Shown here in pieces: positions 18,707-28,332 of a stretch of DNA of 64,000 bases (positions are counted from its first letter, which is position 1; each line of letters starts with the position of its first letter). The notes beneath the pieces were generated by a model. The model was not told where the DNA came from. It saw nothing but the letters and a program-made list of their open reading frames with translations, and searched no databases. Made by a program: the position numbers and the translations under genes. The stretch is from assembly GCA_037132275.1 (NCBI GenBank), contig JBAXPK010000001.1, positions 1,369 to 65,368 of the forward strand. The letters are read 5' to 3'. This DNA comes from a bacterium. Its GTDB lineage: Bacteria; Verrucomicrobiota; Kiritimatiellia; CAIKKV01; CAITUY01.

Positions 18707-19520
18707 CTGTATTCTAGAAGCCCGTGATCTTCACTATCGCTACCCCTGCGGGAAAGTGGCCTTAAGGGGTCTGAACCTGCGCGTTACCGCCGGGCGGAAA
18801 CTGGCCGTTCTGGGAGCGAACGGTTCAGGCAAGACCACGCTTTTCCTGTGCTTGAACGGCACCTATAAACCCACGGCAGGCTCCGTTTATATCAAGGGGC
18901 AACTTGCAGGCTATTCTCGGACTGACCTCCTTTCTTGGCGAAAACAGGTCGGACTCGTGTTTCAGGATCCGGACGACCAGATCGTTGGCGGCACGGTGAT
19001 TCAGGACATCGCCTTCGGCCCCTTGAATCTGGGACATTCCCACGAGGCAGCGCGTCGGATTGCCATGGAAACCATGAACCAGATCGGAATTTCTGATTTT
19101 GCCGATCGCCCCGCTCATGAGCTCAGTCATGGGGAACGGAAAATCATCGCGATGGCCGGCATCTTGGCCATGAAACCGACACTAGTGATTCTGGACGAAC
19201 CGACTGCGGGACTGGATCCTACCTGGACGGAGAAGATCATGGAGATGCTGAACGCGATTCATCAAAACGGCACCACAGTCGTACTCAGTACCCACAACAT
19301 GGATTTCGCCTACGAGTGGGCCGACGAAGCGGTTATCTTGGCGAAAGGAGCCACCCAATGCGTCGGCCCCGTCGGCGAGGTGCTGGCGCAAGATGAAGCG
19401 ATGCGCAACGCCCAACTCTACCCGCCATTGTTACTTCTGACTGCGCGTTATCTCGGTCTGACCGGTGATGGCACCCCGCCCCGATCCCGCCAGCAACTCC
19501 TGGGCCGTCTTTCAGGCTAG
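18699..19520 (+). CDS. cbiO: Cobalt ECF transporter ATPase
   Basis: Walker A GANGSGKTT, ABC signature LSHGERK, Walker B ILDEPTAGLD. Confidence 0.9.
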   Translation: MPDCILEARDLHYRYPCGKVALRGLNLRVTAGRKLAVLGANGSGKTTLFLCLNGTYKPTAGSVYIKGQLAGYSRTDLLSWRKQVGLVFQDPDDQIVGGTVIQDIAFGPLNLGHSHEAARRIAMETMNQIGISDFADRPAHELSHGERKIIAMAGILAMKPTLVILDEPTAGLDPTWTEKIMEMLNAIHQNGTTVVLSTHNMDFAYEWADEAVILAKGATQCVGPVGEVLAQDEAMRNAQLYPPLLLLTARYLGLTGDGTPPRSRQQLLGRLSG

Positions 19521-19597
19521 GCTGATCTCCTTTTTATCCGTGGCATGCAAGCCAAACTGTGCTACATATCCGCCTTCATAAAGGATGAGGAAACGCT

Positions 19598-20596
19598 ATG
19601 ACAGATATTTCCGTGGTCGTTCCTATATTTAACGAGGGGGAAAGCGTGGAGCTGCTTGTTTCCCGTCTCCATGACGCCTTGATGGCCACCGGCCGCTCGT
19701 ACGAAATCGTACTGGTGGATGACGGAAGCAAGGATAATTCATGGGCAAAAATGGTGGACCTTTCCAAACGTTATCCCGGCCTCCATCTGATCCAATTCCG
19801 GCGCAACTTCGGCCAGACGGCGGCCATGAGCGCCGGCTTCAACGAGTCGCGCGGACAGGTCATCATCACGATTGATGCCGACCTGCAAAATGACCCTTCC
19901 GACATCGCCAAACTGCTGGCGGAGATTGACAAGGGGTTCGATGTGGTTAGCGGCTGGCGCCGGGACCGGAAGGACACCTTTATCAATCGGCGCCTCCCCT
20001 CGATCATCGCCAATGGGTTAATCAGCAAGATCACGGGGGTGAACCTTCACGATTACGGGTGCACCCTGAAGGCCTATCGCCGTGAAATCGTACAAAATAT
20101 CCAACTCTACGGCGAACTGCACCGCTTTATCCCGGCACTGGCTAGCTGGGTAGGAGGTCAGATTTCCGAGGTTGTCGTAAGCCACCATGCCCGTCAGTTC
20201 GGAACCTCCAAGTACGGTATCGGGCGCACGTTCCGCGTCATCCTGGATCTGGTCACGGTTAAATTCCTGATGCGTTACAGTACCCGCCCGATCCATATTT
20301 TCGGGAAATGGGGCATGATTTCCGGCGCCCTTGGCATCATGATGCTTCTCTTCATGGCGGCCGCCAACCTATCGAGCGCCCTTTTTGGAACCGAGTTCTG
20401 TTCCGAGCTCATTAAGCGCCCGTTCTGGGTCATCACCCCGTTCATGCTCATATTTTTCGGATTCCAGTTTGTATCCATCGGCCTGCTGGCCGAACTTCAG
20501 ATCCGTACCTATCATGAAGCGCAGCAGAAACCGATCTACGTCATCCGCGAAACCGTTGAACCCGCCGATATTCCCAAAGGTCCCCAGAAATCTTGA
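19598..20596 (+). CDS. GT2-family polyprenyl-phosphate glycosyltransferase (ArnC/GtrB/DPM1-like)
   Basis: VVVPIFNEGESV, DDGSKDNS, DADLQNDP and two C-terminal TM helices. Confidence 0.8.
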   Translation: MTDISVVVPIFNEGESVELLVSRLHDALMATGRSYEIVLVDDGSKDNSWAKMVDLSKRYPGLHLIQFRRNFGQTAAMSAGFNESRGQVIITIDADLQNDPSDIAKLLAEIDKGFDVVSGWRRDRKDTFINRRLPSIIANGLISKITGVNLHDYGCTLKAYRREIVQNIQLYGELHRFIPALASWVGGQISEVVVSHHARQFGTSKYGIGRTFRVILDLVTVKFLMRYSTRPIHIFGKWGMISGALGIMMLLFMAAANLSSALFGTEFCSELIKRPFWVITPFMLIFFGFQFVSIGLLAELQIRTYHEAQQKPIYVIRETVEPADIPKGPQKS

Positions 20597-21450
20597 CGGA
20601 TATGTCCAGCGATTCGCTTTTAATTGAATCCGCCTCTTCGCAGGCGACCGTTATTGTGGGGCTGATCTATGCCGTATTGTTGTTGGGGGGGACGCTGACC
20701 GCTATCACCCTGATCATACGAACCACACGAATTCCGGCGGCCTGGCCCGTGCGGATCGAATGGCTGCGGTCAAGACCATGGACTTGGCGGGAAGGGATGG
20801 CCTTGATCGGCATGGTCGGGCTGCTGATTGGAGCCTCCTGGGCGATTGCCTCGCTCCTCAAGCATCCTCGCGAAGGCACACTGTTGATCATGCAGGGACT
20901 TACCCTGGACTTGGCCGGCATTGGGGGCATTGCCTGGCTCCTTCAGCTTCGTGGTTGGCGCTGGTCTGAGGCGTTCGGCCTCAGCGCCTTGACCCGGCGA
21001 ATCCTCAAGCAAGGGTTTTTCTTTTACATCACCTTGATTCCTTTCATACTCGTGAGCTCCATGATTTACCAAGGAATTCTGGCGGCCAATGGATACCCAC
21101 CCAACCTTCAGGAAATTGCGTTATTGCTGTCCGGCGATTATCCCCTGTGGATGCGGATCGTCATGGTTTTCTTCGCCACAGCCGTCGCCCCTTTTTTCGA
21201 GGAATGTCTTTTCCGGGGAGTGTTGCTTCCTTTGGCGGTACGAAGATTCGGACTTGGCGCCGGCATATTTCTGTCTTCGCTTCTTTTCGCCTCGATTCAT
21301 TTTCACCTTCCATCTCTCATCCCGCTCCTGGTGGCGGCGGCCGGGTTTTCGTTAGCCTACCTATATTCACAATCCCTGTGGGTGCCCATCATTATGCATG
21401 GGATATTCAACGGGGTGAATCTTGCCTTGCTTCTTGTCATACGCCATTAG
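20593..21450 (+). CDS. CPBP-family intramembrane metalloprotease (CAAX protease/Abi)
   Basis: Polytopic protein with an FEECLFRG (EExxxR) motif and a downstream H-rich FxxxH/HGxxN motif. Confidence 0.75.
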   Translation: MTDMSSDSLLIESASSQATVIVGLIYAVLLLGGTLTAITLIIRTTRIPAAWPVRIEWLRSRPWTWREGMALIGMVGLLIGASWAIASLLKHPREGTLLIMQGLTLDLAGIGGIAWLLQLRGWRWSEAFGLSALTRRILKQGFFFYITLIPFILVSSMIYQGILAANGYPPNLQEIALLLSGDYPLWMRIVMVFFATAVAPFFEECLFRGVLLPLAVRRFGLGAGIFLSSLLFASIHFHLPSLIPLLVAAAGFSLAYLYSQSLWVPIIMHGIFNGVNLALLLVIRH

Positions 21451-21462
21451 ACGGAGAACCCT

Positions 21463-22509
21463 ATGTCACTTCGAACCATTGATTGGAATCCCGACACGTC
21501 ATCCAGCCTGCTACCGGGCACGGTGGTGATGGTGGATCAAACCCGCCTCCCGGGTGAACTGGTCTATCTTCGCACCCGGGATGTGCACGAAATCTGGCAG
21601 GCCATCAAAACCCTTCAGGTTCGCGGCGCCCCAGCCATCGGGATTGCCGCCGCCATGGGGGTCGCCACAGCCATTCAAGCCCAGTCCGCCACCACCCCGG
21701 AATTGGTTGACACCGCCCGGCAGGCGGCAGATTATCTAGCGACCTCACGCCCGACAGCCGTCAACCTGTTTTGGGCTCTTGATCGGATGCGTGCGGTGAT
21801 CCATGCCTCCGATTCAATGGCCCCTTCAGACTTCAAGGCTCGCCTCATCCGCGAAGCGATCCTGATCCGGGATGAGGATGCCGCCATGTGCCGGGCCATC
21901 GGAAAACATGGAGCCACCCTTCTCAAGCATGGCGATACCGTGTTGACGCATTGCAATGCCGGGGGACTGGCCACCGCCGAGTATGGCACAGCCCTCGCCC
22001 CCATTTATGTGGCTCTTGAGCAGCAGAAGCACATTCTGGTCTACGCTGACGAAACCCGCCCGCTTCTTCAGGGATCACGGTTGACCGCCTGGGAGCTGAT
22101 GCGGGCCGGGGTGGATGTCATCCTGATTTGCGACAACATGGCGGCCCACGTTATGAAAACCAAAGGCATCAATGCGGTGATGGTTGGAGCCGATCGAATT
22201 GCCGCCAATGGAGACACCGCCAACAAAATCGGAACCTATGGTCTCGCCGTACTCGCCAAAGCACACGGCATCCCCTTCTATGTGTTGGCCCCCAGTTCCA
22301 CATTTGACCTTTCGCTGACAACTGGGGATGCTATTCCGATTGAAGAGAGAGCGCCCGAGGAAATCACGATGGGATTCGGACGCCGCACGGCGCCGGAAGG
22401 AGTCAAAACCTACTCACCTGCATTCGATGTCACACCAGCCGAATTCATTACGGCTATTATTTGCGAAAAGGGAATCCTCTATCCCCCTTATTTTCGCATT
22501 AATGCCTGA
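21463..22509 (+). CDS. mtnA: S-methyl-5-thioribose-1-phosphate isomerase
   Basis: 348 aa MtnA/eIF-2B-like family (RGAPAIGIAAA, CNAGGLAT). Confidence 0.8.
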   Translation: MSLRTIDWNPDTSSSLLPGTVVMVDQTRLPGELVYLRTRDVHEIWQAIKTLQVRGAPAIGIAAAMGVATAIQAQSATTPELVDTARQAADYLATSRPTAVNLFWALDRMRAVIHASDSMAPSDFKARLIREAILIRDEDAAMCRAIGKHGATLLKHGDTVLTHCNAGGLATAEYGTALAPIYVALEQQKHILVYADETRPLLQGSRLTAWELMRAGVDVILICDNMAAHVMKTKGINAVMVGADRIAANGDTANKIGTYGLAVLAKAHGIPFYVLAPSSTFDLSLTTGDAIPIEERAPEEITMGFGRRTAPEGVKTYSPAFDVTPAEFITAIICEKGILYPPYFRINA

Positions 22510-24644
22510 CCGCAGAGACTTTGAAACGTCAAAATCAGATCGGCATTCGTCTCGGAAAACGGGGAATTGCCATAGGTCACAAGATACCCATTCATGTTTC
22601 GATCCACCAACCGGGCTGTTTCGGGACTCATTCGGAGACTTTCGATGGCCGTTTTCCAGACATTAAAATCATATTGTCCCGGCTCAATTCCAGCCATTTT
22701 CATCAGGCCGGAAAAGGCTATGAACGCCGGGTCGTCCTGCATGGCGGCGTCAATCGCGGCCTTCACGGCAGCGGCTTGAGCGATAGCGGCCTGAGAGGTG
22801 GCGGCCACCGCAGCCGCTTCGGCCTGCAACCGGCCGATTAGTAAGGCCCCCAAGGCCGGGTCTGTGCGGGCCAGCAACGTCCCCGCCTCCTCGGCTTTCC
22901 CTTCATTATAGGCCGCCACACCCCGCACCAGATAGACTTCGGGAAGTTCAAGAGAAAACAGCCGTGCCTGACGCTCCGCAGGGGTAAGATCCTCCATCCT
23001 GATATAAATCTGAGCAGCGTCATCCAGGGTTTGGACTACCAGCTTCCGATCCCGAATCCCCAGCAAACGCCCTGTCAGAGGGGTCCCGCGAACCAACCGG
23101 AGGGTGACATTATTCCCGACGTTCGTTGAGAACGTCTGAAGAACTTTATCATTCAAGGAACCCGTATCCTCCAGGATGTGATGAATCGCCGTGACTTCAT
23201 CCCGGTGCGGCCCGAGTTTCTCATCCGCCAGGGCAGCATCAGCAATCTGATGCGCCGCTGAATATTTACCCAGAAAAACGCAGGAGGTGACGTTACTCTC
23301 AAAGCCTTTCCAACACGCAGCCGCCTGCTCGCTCTCATCCCGCGCCGCCTTCAATTGCTTCAAGGACTTCGCGAGGGTCAGCCGGTTCGAAAAAGTCTCA
23401 GAGGACCAGCGCCCGGTATAATTTTCGAGCCAGAGAATTCCCTCAGTCAGATTCCCCTCCGCACAGTACTTATCCGCAGTACGCTTGATCTGATCATTCT
23501 CCCTGGCAATCTCACGCCCATAATTGAGAGGCTTATTAACCACATGAACCCTCTCTCCAGCCGGAACGCTCGCATTGGTAACACCCGCCTGCGGAAGAAA
23601 TTTAACCGGTGAATGCTTGACTGAAACAGGCGCTTGAAATAACCACCACAAGCCCGCCACCGCGAAGGCCGAGATCACGGCACCCAACATCCAAAAGGGA
23701 CTTGGCCGACTCGCCGCCGGCGGCTTACTGCCGTGATCTTTCTCCTCGGACCCCGCATTCTCCACCTTACGTCGCCTCATGGTGCTGGCGCCTTCCGCCG
23801 GCATTTCAGTGGACGGCATCCACCCTTTCCTAATCCGGTGGACTTCTTTCACGACAACATCCCAGTCCTTCAGGCGATGGTCACGATCCTTAACCAGCAT
23901 CCGTTCAATCAAGGCGCACACAGAGCCCGGGAGGTCCGGAATGATATCCCGCGGATCAGGAATCTGGGAAGTCACCTGGGCGTCCATCGCTTCACTGTCC
24001 GGCAGTTGCTTGAACGGACGAACCCCCGTAACCATCTGGTACAGGCAGCATCCCAGCGCATAGATGTCCGTCCTGCAGTCCAGCGGTGTCATGCCCATCA
24101 CCTGTTCTGGCGAAATATAGCCGGGAGTTCCCGTGACTTCATTGGGGGCCTGGGGGGAAGCCTTGGTATCCTTGGTCAGCGACAAGCCGAGATCAGCCAC
24201 CTTAATGGAACCATCCTGATCCACCATGATGTTCTCAGGCTTAATGTCACAGTGGATTAATCCCGCCGTACGCCAGGCATATTGGAGCGCCAAGGCCACA
24301 TGCTCAGTCACCACCAGGGCATCTTTGTAGGAGAGATTCTTTTTCCGCAAGATCCATTGCCCGACGTTGTACCCGTCGACAAATTCCATCACTAGGAAAG
24401 AGATACCGTTCTGCTCGCTTGCATCATAGATATGAACAATGCCGGAATGTTTCAATTTCGCGGCCGTTCGTGCCTCTTGGAGAATCTGCTGGATGCACTC
24501 GGGATCGTGACTTAAGCGGGCAGGCAGTAGCTTGATGGCCACAAGCCGGTCAAGGGAGAGCTGCCGGGCTTTCCAAACCTGCCCCATGCCCCCTTCGCCG
24601 ATTTTTTCAATCAGCGTGAATCCGGTTAAGGAGAATTCGCTCAT
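22488..24644 (-). CDS. Transmembrane Ser/Thr protein kinase with a large uncharacterized extracytoplasmic domain
   Basis: Kinase subdomains GEGGMGQVWKA, AIK, HCDIKPEN, DLGLS and one TM helix (FWMLGAVISAFAVAGLWWLF). About 370 aa C-terminal non-kinase region. 22-nt convergent overlap with mtnA. Confidence 0.85.
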   Translation of the reverse strand: MSEFSLTGFTLIEKIGEGGMGQVWKARQLSLDRLVAIKLLPARLSHDPECIQQILQEARTAAKLKHSGIVHIYDASEQNGISFLVMEFVDGYNVGQWILRKKNLSYKDALVVTEHVALALQYAWRTAGLIHCDIKPENIMVDQDGSIKVADLGLSLTKDTKASPQAPNEVTGTPGYISPEQVMGMTPLDCRTDIYALGCCLYQMVTGVRPFKQLPDSEAMDAQVTSQIPDPRDIIPDLPGSVCALIERMLVKDRDHRLKDWDVVVKEVHRIRKGWMPSTEMPAEGASTMRRRKVENAGSEEKDHGSKPPAASRPSPFWMLGAVISAFAVAGLWWLFQAPVSVKHSPVKFLPQAGVTNASVPAGERVHVVNKPLNYGREIARENDQIKRTADKYCAEGNLTEGILWLENYTGRWSSETFSNRLTLAKSLKQLKAARDESEQAAACWKGFESNVTSCVFLGKYSAAHQIADAALADEKLGPHRDEVTAIHHILEDTGSLNDKVLQTFSTNVGNNVTLRLVRGTPLTGRLLGIRDRKLVVQTLDDAAQIYIRMEDLTPAERQARLFSLELPEVYLVRGVAAYNEGKAEEAGTLLARTDPALGALLIGRLQAEAAAVAATSQAAIAQAAAVKAAIDAAMQDDPAFIAFSGLMKMAGIEPGQYDFNVWKTAIESLRMSPETARLVDRNMNGYLVTYGNSPFSETNADLILTFQSLCGQALMRK

Positions 24645-24666
24645 GTGATGCCAAAACGATCGCCTC

Positions 24667-24843
24667 TCACTTCAAAAGAACGCCTATGGTTACGCCAAGC
24701 GCTGTAAAACAGAGATAAACCAGTGACGCTGCGGGCTTGATATCTGTTACCACTAAATCTACGGGGGCGCTCCCCTTGGTGAAAATCATGACTACCACTG
24801 ACAAGGCAATCAAAAGCAGGGCTATCAATACGTTTTTGTTCAT
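24667..24843 (-). CDS. Small two-TM membrane protein (58 aa), not in the ORF track
   Basis: MNKNVLIALLLIALSVVVMIFTKGSAPVDLVVTDIKPAASLVYLCFTALGVTIGVLLK. ATG overlaps the coaC stop (ATGA). It lies 22 nt upstream of the kinase start. Confidence 0.4.
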   Translation of the reverse strand: MNKNVLIALLLIALSVVVMIFTKGSAPVDLVVTDIKPAASLVYLCFTALGVTIGVLLK

Positions 24844-25430
24844 GGCTTGACTCCTTTTTTTATAACCGGTTTTCTCAATACAGTCCCGACAACGGCTAGA
24901 ATATCCTCGAGATCTGCCAGACGCCCCTGCCCCTCCCGTCCACAGGCAAGTTCGCCGGATCCAACCTCAACGAAGGTCACGCCCCGAGATTGAAGGAGCG
25001 CCACATTGGCAACAGTCGCCGGATGAGACCACATGTTGTCATTCATGGCGGGCGCGATGACCACGGGGGCCTTTGTGGCAAGCGCGGTACAAGTCAGAAG
25101 ATCATCCGCCAACCCTTGCGCAATTTTGGCAATGACATTGGCGGTACAGGGGGCAATCAGCAAGAGGTCGGCCCGGTCGGCATACGTGATGTGTTCAGGG
25201 TGCCATCCATCCGTTTCATCAAAAAGACCGATTCCCACAGGATTCCGGGACAACGTTTGAAACGTGAGCATGGTTACAAATTTCGCCGCCGAAGCCGTCA
25301 TCACAACAGAAACATCCCAGTTCTTCCTCTGCATCAGACGAATCAATTCAGCCGCCTTGTAGGCCGCGATCGAGCCCGTCACACCGAGAACAATATTCAG
25401 TTTCCTTTTCGGTATAATCCTTGCTTCCAT
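24840..25430 (-). CDS. coaC: Phosphopantothenoylcysteine decarboxylase (monofunctional flavoprotein)
   Basis: 196 aa HFCD flavoprotein with GVTGSIAAYKA and APAMNDNMW motifs. No CoaB domain. Confidence 0.8.
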   Translation of the reverse strand: MEARIIPKRKLNIVLGVTGSIAAYKAAELIRLMQRKNWDVSVVMTASAAKFVTMLTFQTLSRNPVGIGLFDETDGWHPEHITYADRADLLLIAPCTANVIAKIAQGLADDLLTCTALATKAPVVIAPAMNDNMWSHPATVANVALLQSRGVTFVEVGSGELACGREGQGRLADLEDILAVVGTVLRKPVIKKGVKP

Positions 25431-25788
25431 ACGTAGAGGGGAAGCCTGCCAGTTTCATGGCTTTTTGTCAATTTACCGTACAGGACCGTTTTATTACACC
25501 ATCCCATAAAATAATTGAGCGGCACCTGCGAATTGCTTTCGCCCGATGCCGCTCTTTCGTCGGGAAGACTTTCTTTCTGGGTCAGCGTTGGTAGTCCATC
25601 TTTCTACTTGGCCGGAAGCCGGCCTTGGCTTAGCTGAACCCTTGTCTCTTCCCACACCCAAATTATACCGCTATCCGACTCTGCTGTATACCTCCCGATT
25701 AACTTTTTTATTGAAGCGCCGCACCTCACCCTGAACGGGAATCAAACGCATTCGGTCAAACAGAAAGGAGATCTCGAGGCCGGGGATG

Positions 25789-26868
25789 TTACCGCTGAAC
25801 GCGGGCGTTGCCCTTCCAAATGCTCCATACCTGGTCCTCATCTGCGGGTTGGCCGTAATCTGTCAGCATCGTGGTGGCCAACGCGCCGCTCGCCCAACCG
25901 AACTGGATCCACTTCTCCGGCTCCCAACCTTTGAGAATCGCATAGAGCATCCCCCCAACGAAGCCGTCGCCACCGCCAATGCGGTCAAGGACGGTGATAT
26001 CGCGCGGCTCAACAACATACCATTCACTGCCTGCGGCCATCAATGCGCCCCATAGGTGGTGGTTTGCATCCTCGACTTCCCGAAGCGTCGTGCCATACGT
26101 CTGCGCATTCGGGTAAGCCTTCTTCACCCGCTCGATCATGCCCTTGAACCCGTCGATCTTCGCCTTGATGTCCTTGCCGCCTGCTTCAGGCCCTTGAACA
26201 CCAAGACACAGCTGGAAGTCTTCTTCATTCCCAACGAGAATATCAGCCACACCCGCGATTTCGGCGAAAACAGCCGAAAGCTGCTTCTCACGGCCTTTCC
26301 AGAACGACGCCCGATAGTTCAGATCAAACGAGATCTTGGTACCATGTTTCTTAGCGGCACGCGCCAACTCCAGGCAGAATGTACTGGTCTCCTGCGAGAG
26401 TGCGCCTATCAGACCGGACAGATGGACAATCTGCACGCCCTCCTTGCCGAAAATACGATCCAAATCGAAATCTTTCACATTCAGCGTACGACCGACCTCG
26501 CCGGCACGGTCATTCCACACACGAGGTCCTCGCGACCCAAACCCGCTGTCAGCAATATTTATCTGATGACGATGGCCCCAAGGCCCGCCTTGAGCGACTT
26601 CAACGCCCTCGAAATCCATGTTTCGACTCCGCAGATTATCCTTGATGAGTTGGGCGATGGGACTGCCCTTTACAAAGGTCGTCAGCACCTTGACCGGCAG
26701 ACCGAGGTAGGAAACCACGCTGGCAACATTCGTCTCAGCGCTTGTCGCCTGCATCATGAACGCTCCCCCGCCATGCACCGGCTGACCGCTAACCGGCGTA
26801 ATCCGGATGCCCATACTGGTGGGGACCAATAGAGAGTACTTGCAGTTTTTTTTCAGGTCGATTCTCAT
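25789..26868 (-). CDS. kdgK: PfkB-family sugar kinase, probably 2-dehydro-3-deoxygluconokinase
   Basis: Ribokinase-like fold with GGGDGFVGG near the C-terminus. Adjacent to uxaC. Confidence 0.65.
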   Translation of the reverse strand: MRIDLKKNCKYSLLVPTSMGIRITPVSGQPVHGGGAFMMQATSAETNVASVVSYLGLPVKVLTTFVKGSPIAQLIKDNLRSRNMDFEGVEVAQGGPWGHRHQINIADSGFGSRGPRVWNDRAGEVGRTLNVKDFDLDRIFGKEGVQIVHLSGLIGALSQETSTFCLELARAAKKHGTKISFDLNYRASFWKGREKQLSAVFAEIAGVADILVGNEEDFQLCLGVQGPEAGGKDIKAKIDGFKGMIERVKKAYPNAQTYGTTLREVEDANHHLWGALMAAGSEWYVVEPRDITVLDRIGGGDGFVGGMLYAILKGWEPEKWIQFGWASGALATTMLTDYGQPADEDQVWSIWKGNARVQR

Positions 26869-26907
26869 TTTATTCTCTTTGTGATGATGCGTGAATATGT
26901 CTGAATC

Positions 26908-28314
26908 TCAGGCAGAGGGAAACAAAAAATAACGGCTTGCATTGTCGTGGCAGATATCCCGGATCATGACATCCATCAGCTCCGGCACATCCGGCAATTC
27001 GCCGCGCTCCACATCGCGCCCGATGACCTGACATAAGATTCTTCTGAAATACTCATGACGGGTATAGGAGAGAAAACAGCGCGAATCGGTCAACATCCCC
27101 ACAAACCTCCGCAGTAGTCCCAGGCTCGACAATGCATTTAACTGCCATTCCATACCTTCTTTTTGATCCAGAAACCACCAGCCGCTGCCGAACTGGATCT
27201 TTCCGGGAATCGATCCATCCTGGAAGCACCCCATCACGGTACCAATCACGTAATTATCCGCAGGGTTGATGTTATAAATAATCGTCTTCGGCAAATGCCC
27301 TTCCTGATCCAAGGCATTCAAATATCCGACCAACGCCTGCGCTTGGCTGAAATCACCAATGGCGTCGAATCCAGTGTCGGGCCCTAATTGCCTCATCAGC
27401 CGCGAGTTATTGTTGCGCAACACACCGAAATGCAGTTGTTTGACCCAGCCCCGGGAATAATCAAGGCGTCCGAAGAACAGCATCATGAAGGATCTGAATT
27501 TATCCGCCGCCTCACGAGAGACCGTTCTTCCCGCCCGTGCGGCATCGTAAATTGACTTGGCCTCCGCTTCCGAACACGCGTCGGCGTAGCAGCGCTCGAT
27601 TCCATGATCCGATGACCGGCATCCCAGAGAATGAAAGAACGCATGTCGCTGATCCAAGGCCGCCAGGAAATCGCCCAGATTGGCACAGGACAAGCCACTC
27701 ACCTGCTCCAAGGAGTCCACCCACCCATTGAAGGACGGGATTTCAATCCATAGCGCTTTGTCGGGCCGGAATGTAGGGTAGACCTTGGTGGTCAGCGCCG
27801 ATTTTTGAATCTCAAAGTGAAACTCAAGACTATCAACGGGATCATCCGTGGTACAGGCCACTTCCACGTTGCTTTTCTCCAGCAACGCCCAAACGCTCAT
27901 CTCCGGGCGTTGAAGCATCGCATTGGCCTTCTCCCAGATGCGGGGCGCTGATTTTTCATCCAGCAACTCATCAATCCCGAAGTAGCGTTTCAACTCCAGG
28001 TGTGTCCAATGATAGAGAGGATTGCGCAGGGTATAGGGCACCGTTCCTGCCCAGGCCATAAACTTTTCGATGTCTGTCGCGTCACCGGAACAGAATCGTT
28101 CGGCAACGCCATTGGCTCGCATGGCCCGCCATTTGTAGTGATCCCCAGCCAGCCAAATTTCATACAAATTGCGAAATTGATGATTCTTGGCAATCAACGC
28201 GGGCGACAAGTGGCAGTGGTAGTCAATGATCGGTAGCGCTTCCGCCACATCATGATACAGACGCCGTGCCGTCTTGCCTTCTAATAGAAAATCATCATGA
28301 ATGTAGGATTTCAT
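26908..28314 (-). CDS. uxaC: Glucuronate isomerase
   Basis: 468 aa. Conserved LPIIDYHCHL N-terminal motif. Confidence 0.9.
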   Translation of the reverse strand: MKSYIHDDFLLEGKTARRLYHDVAEALPIIDYHCHLSPALIAKNHQFRNLYEIWLAGDHYKWRAMRANGVAERFCSGDATDIEKFMAWAGTVPYTLRNPLYHWTHLELKRYFGIDELLDEKSAPRIWEKANAMLQRPEMSVWALLEKSNVEVACTTDDPVDSLEFHFEIQKSALTTKVYPTFRPDKALWIEIPSFNGWVDSLEQVSGLSCANLGDFLAALDQRHAFFHSLGCRSSDHGIERCYADACSEAEAKSIYDAARAGRTVSREAADKFRSFMMLFFGRLDYSRGWVKQLHFGVLRNNNSRLMRQLGPDTGFDAIGDFSQAQALVGYLNALDQEGHLPKTIIYNINPADNYVIGTVMGCFQDGSIPGKIQFGSGWWFLDQKEGMEWQLNALSSLGLLRRFVGMLTDSRCFLSYTRHEYFRRILCQVIGRDVERGELPDVPELMDVMIRDICHDNASRYFLFPSA

Positions 28315-28332
28315 AAACCCTTTTAAACTACC

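Noticed and set aside
25431-25788. 358-bp intergenic region considered for a structured ncRNA
   Set aside because: It contains only scattered short hairpins (e.g. GGCCGG-AAG-CCGGCC) consistent with a kdgK terminator and coaC promoter, with no recognisable ncRNA signature.
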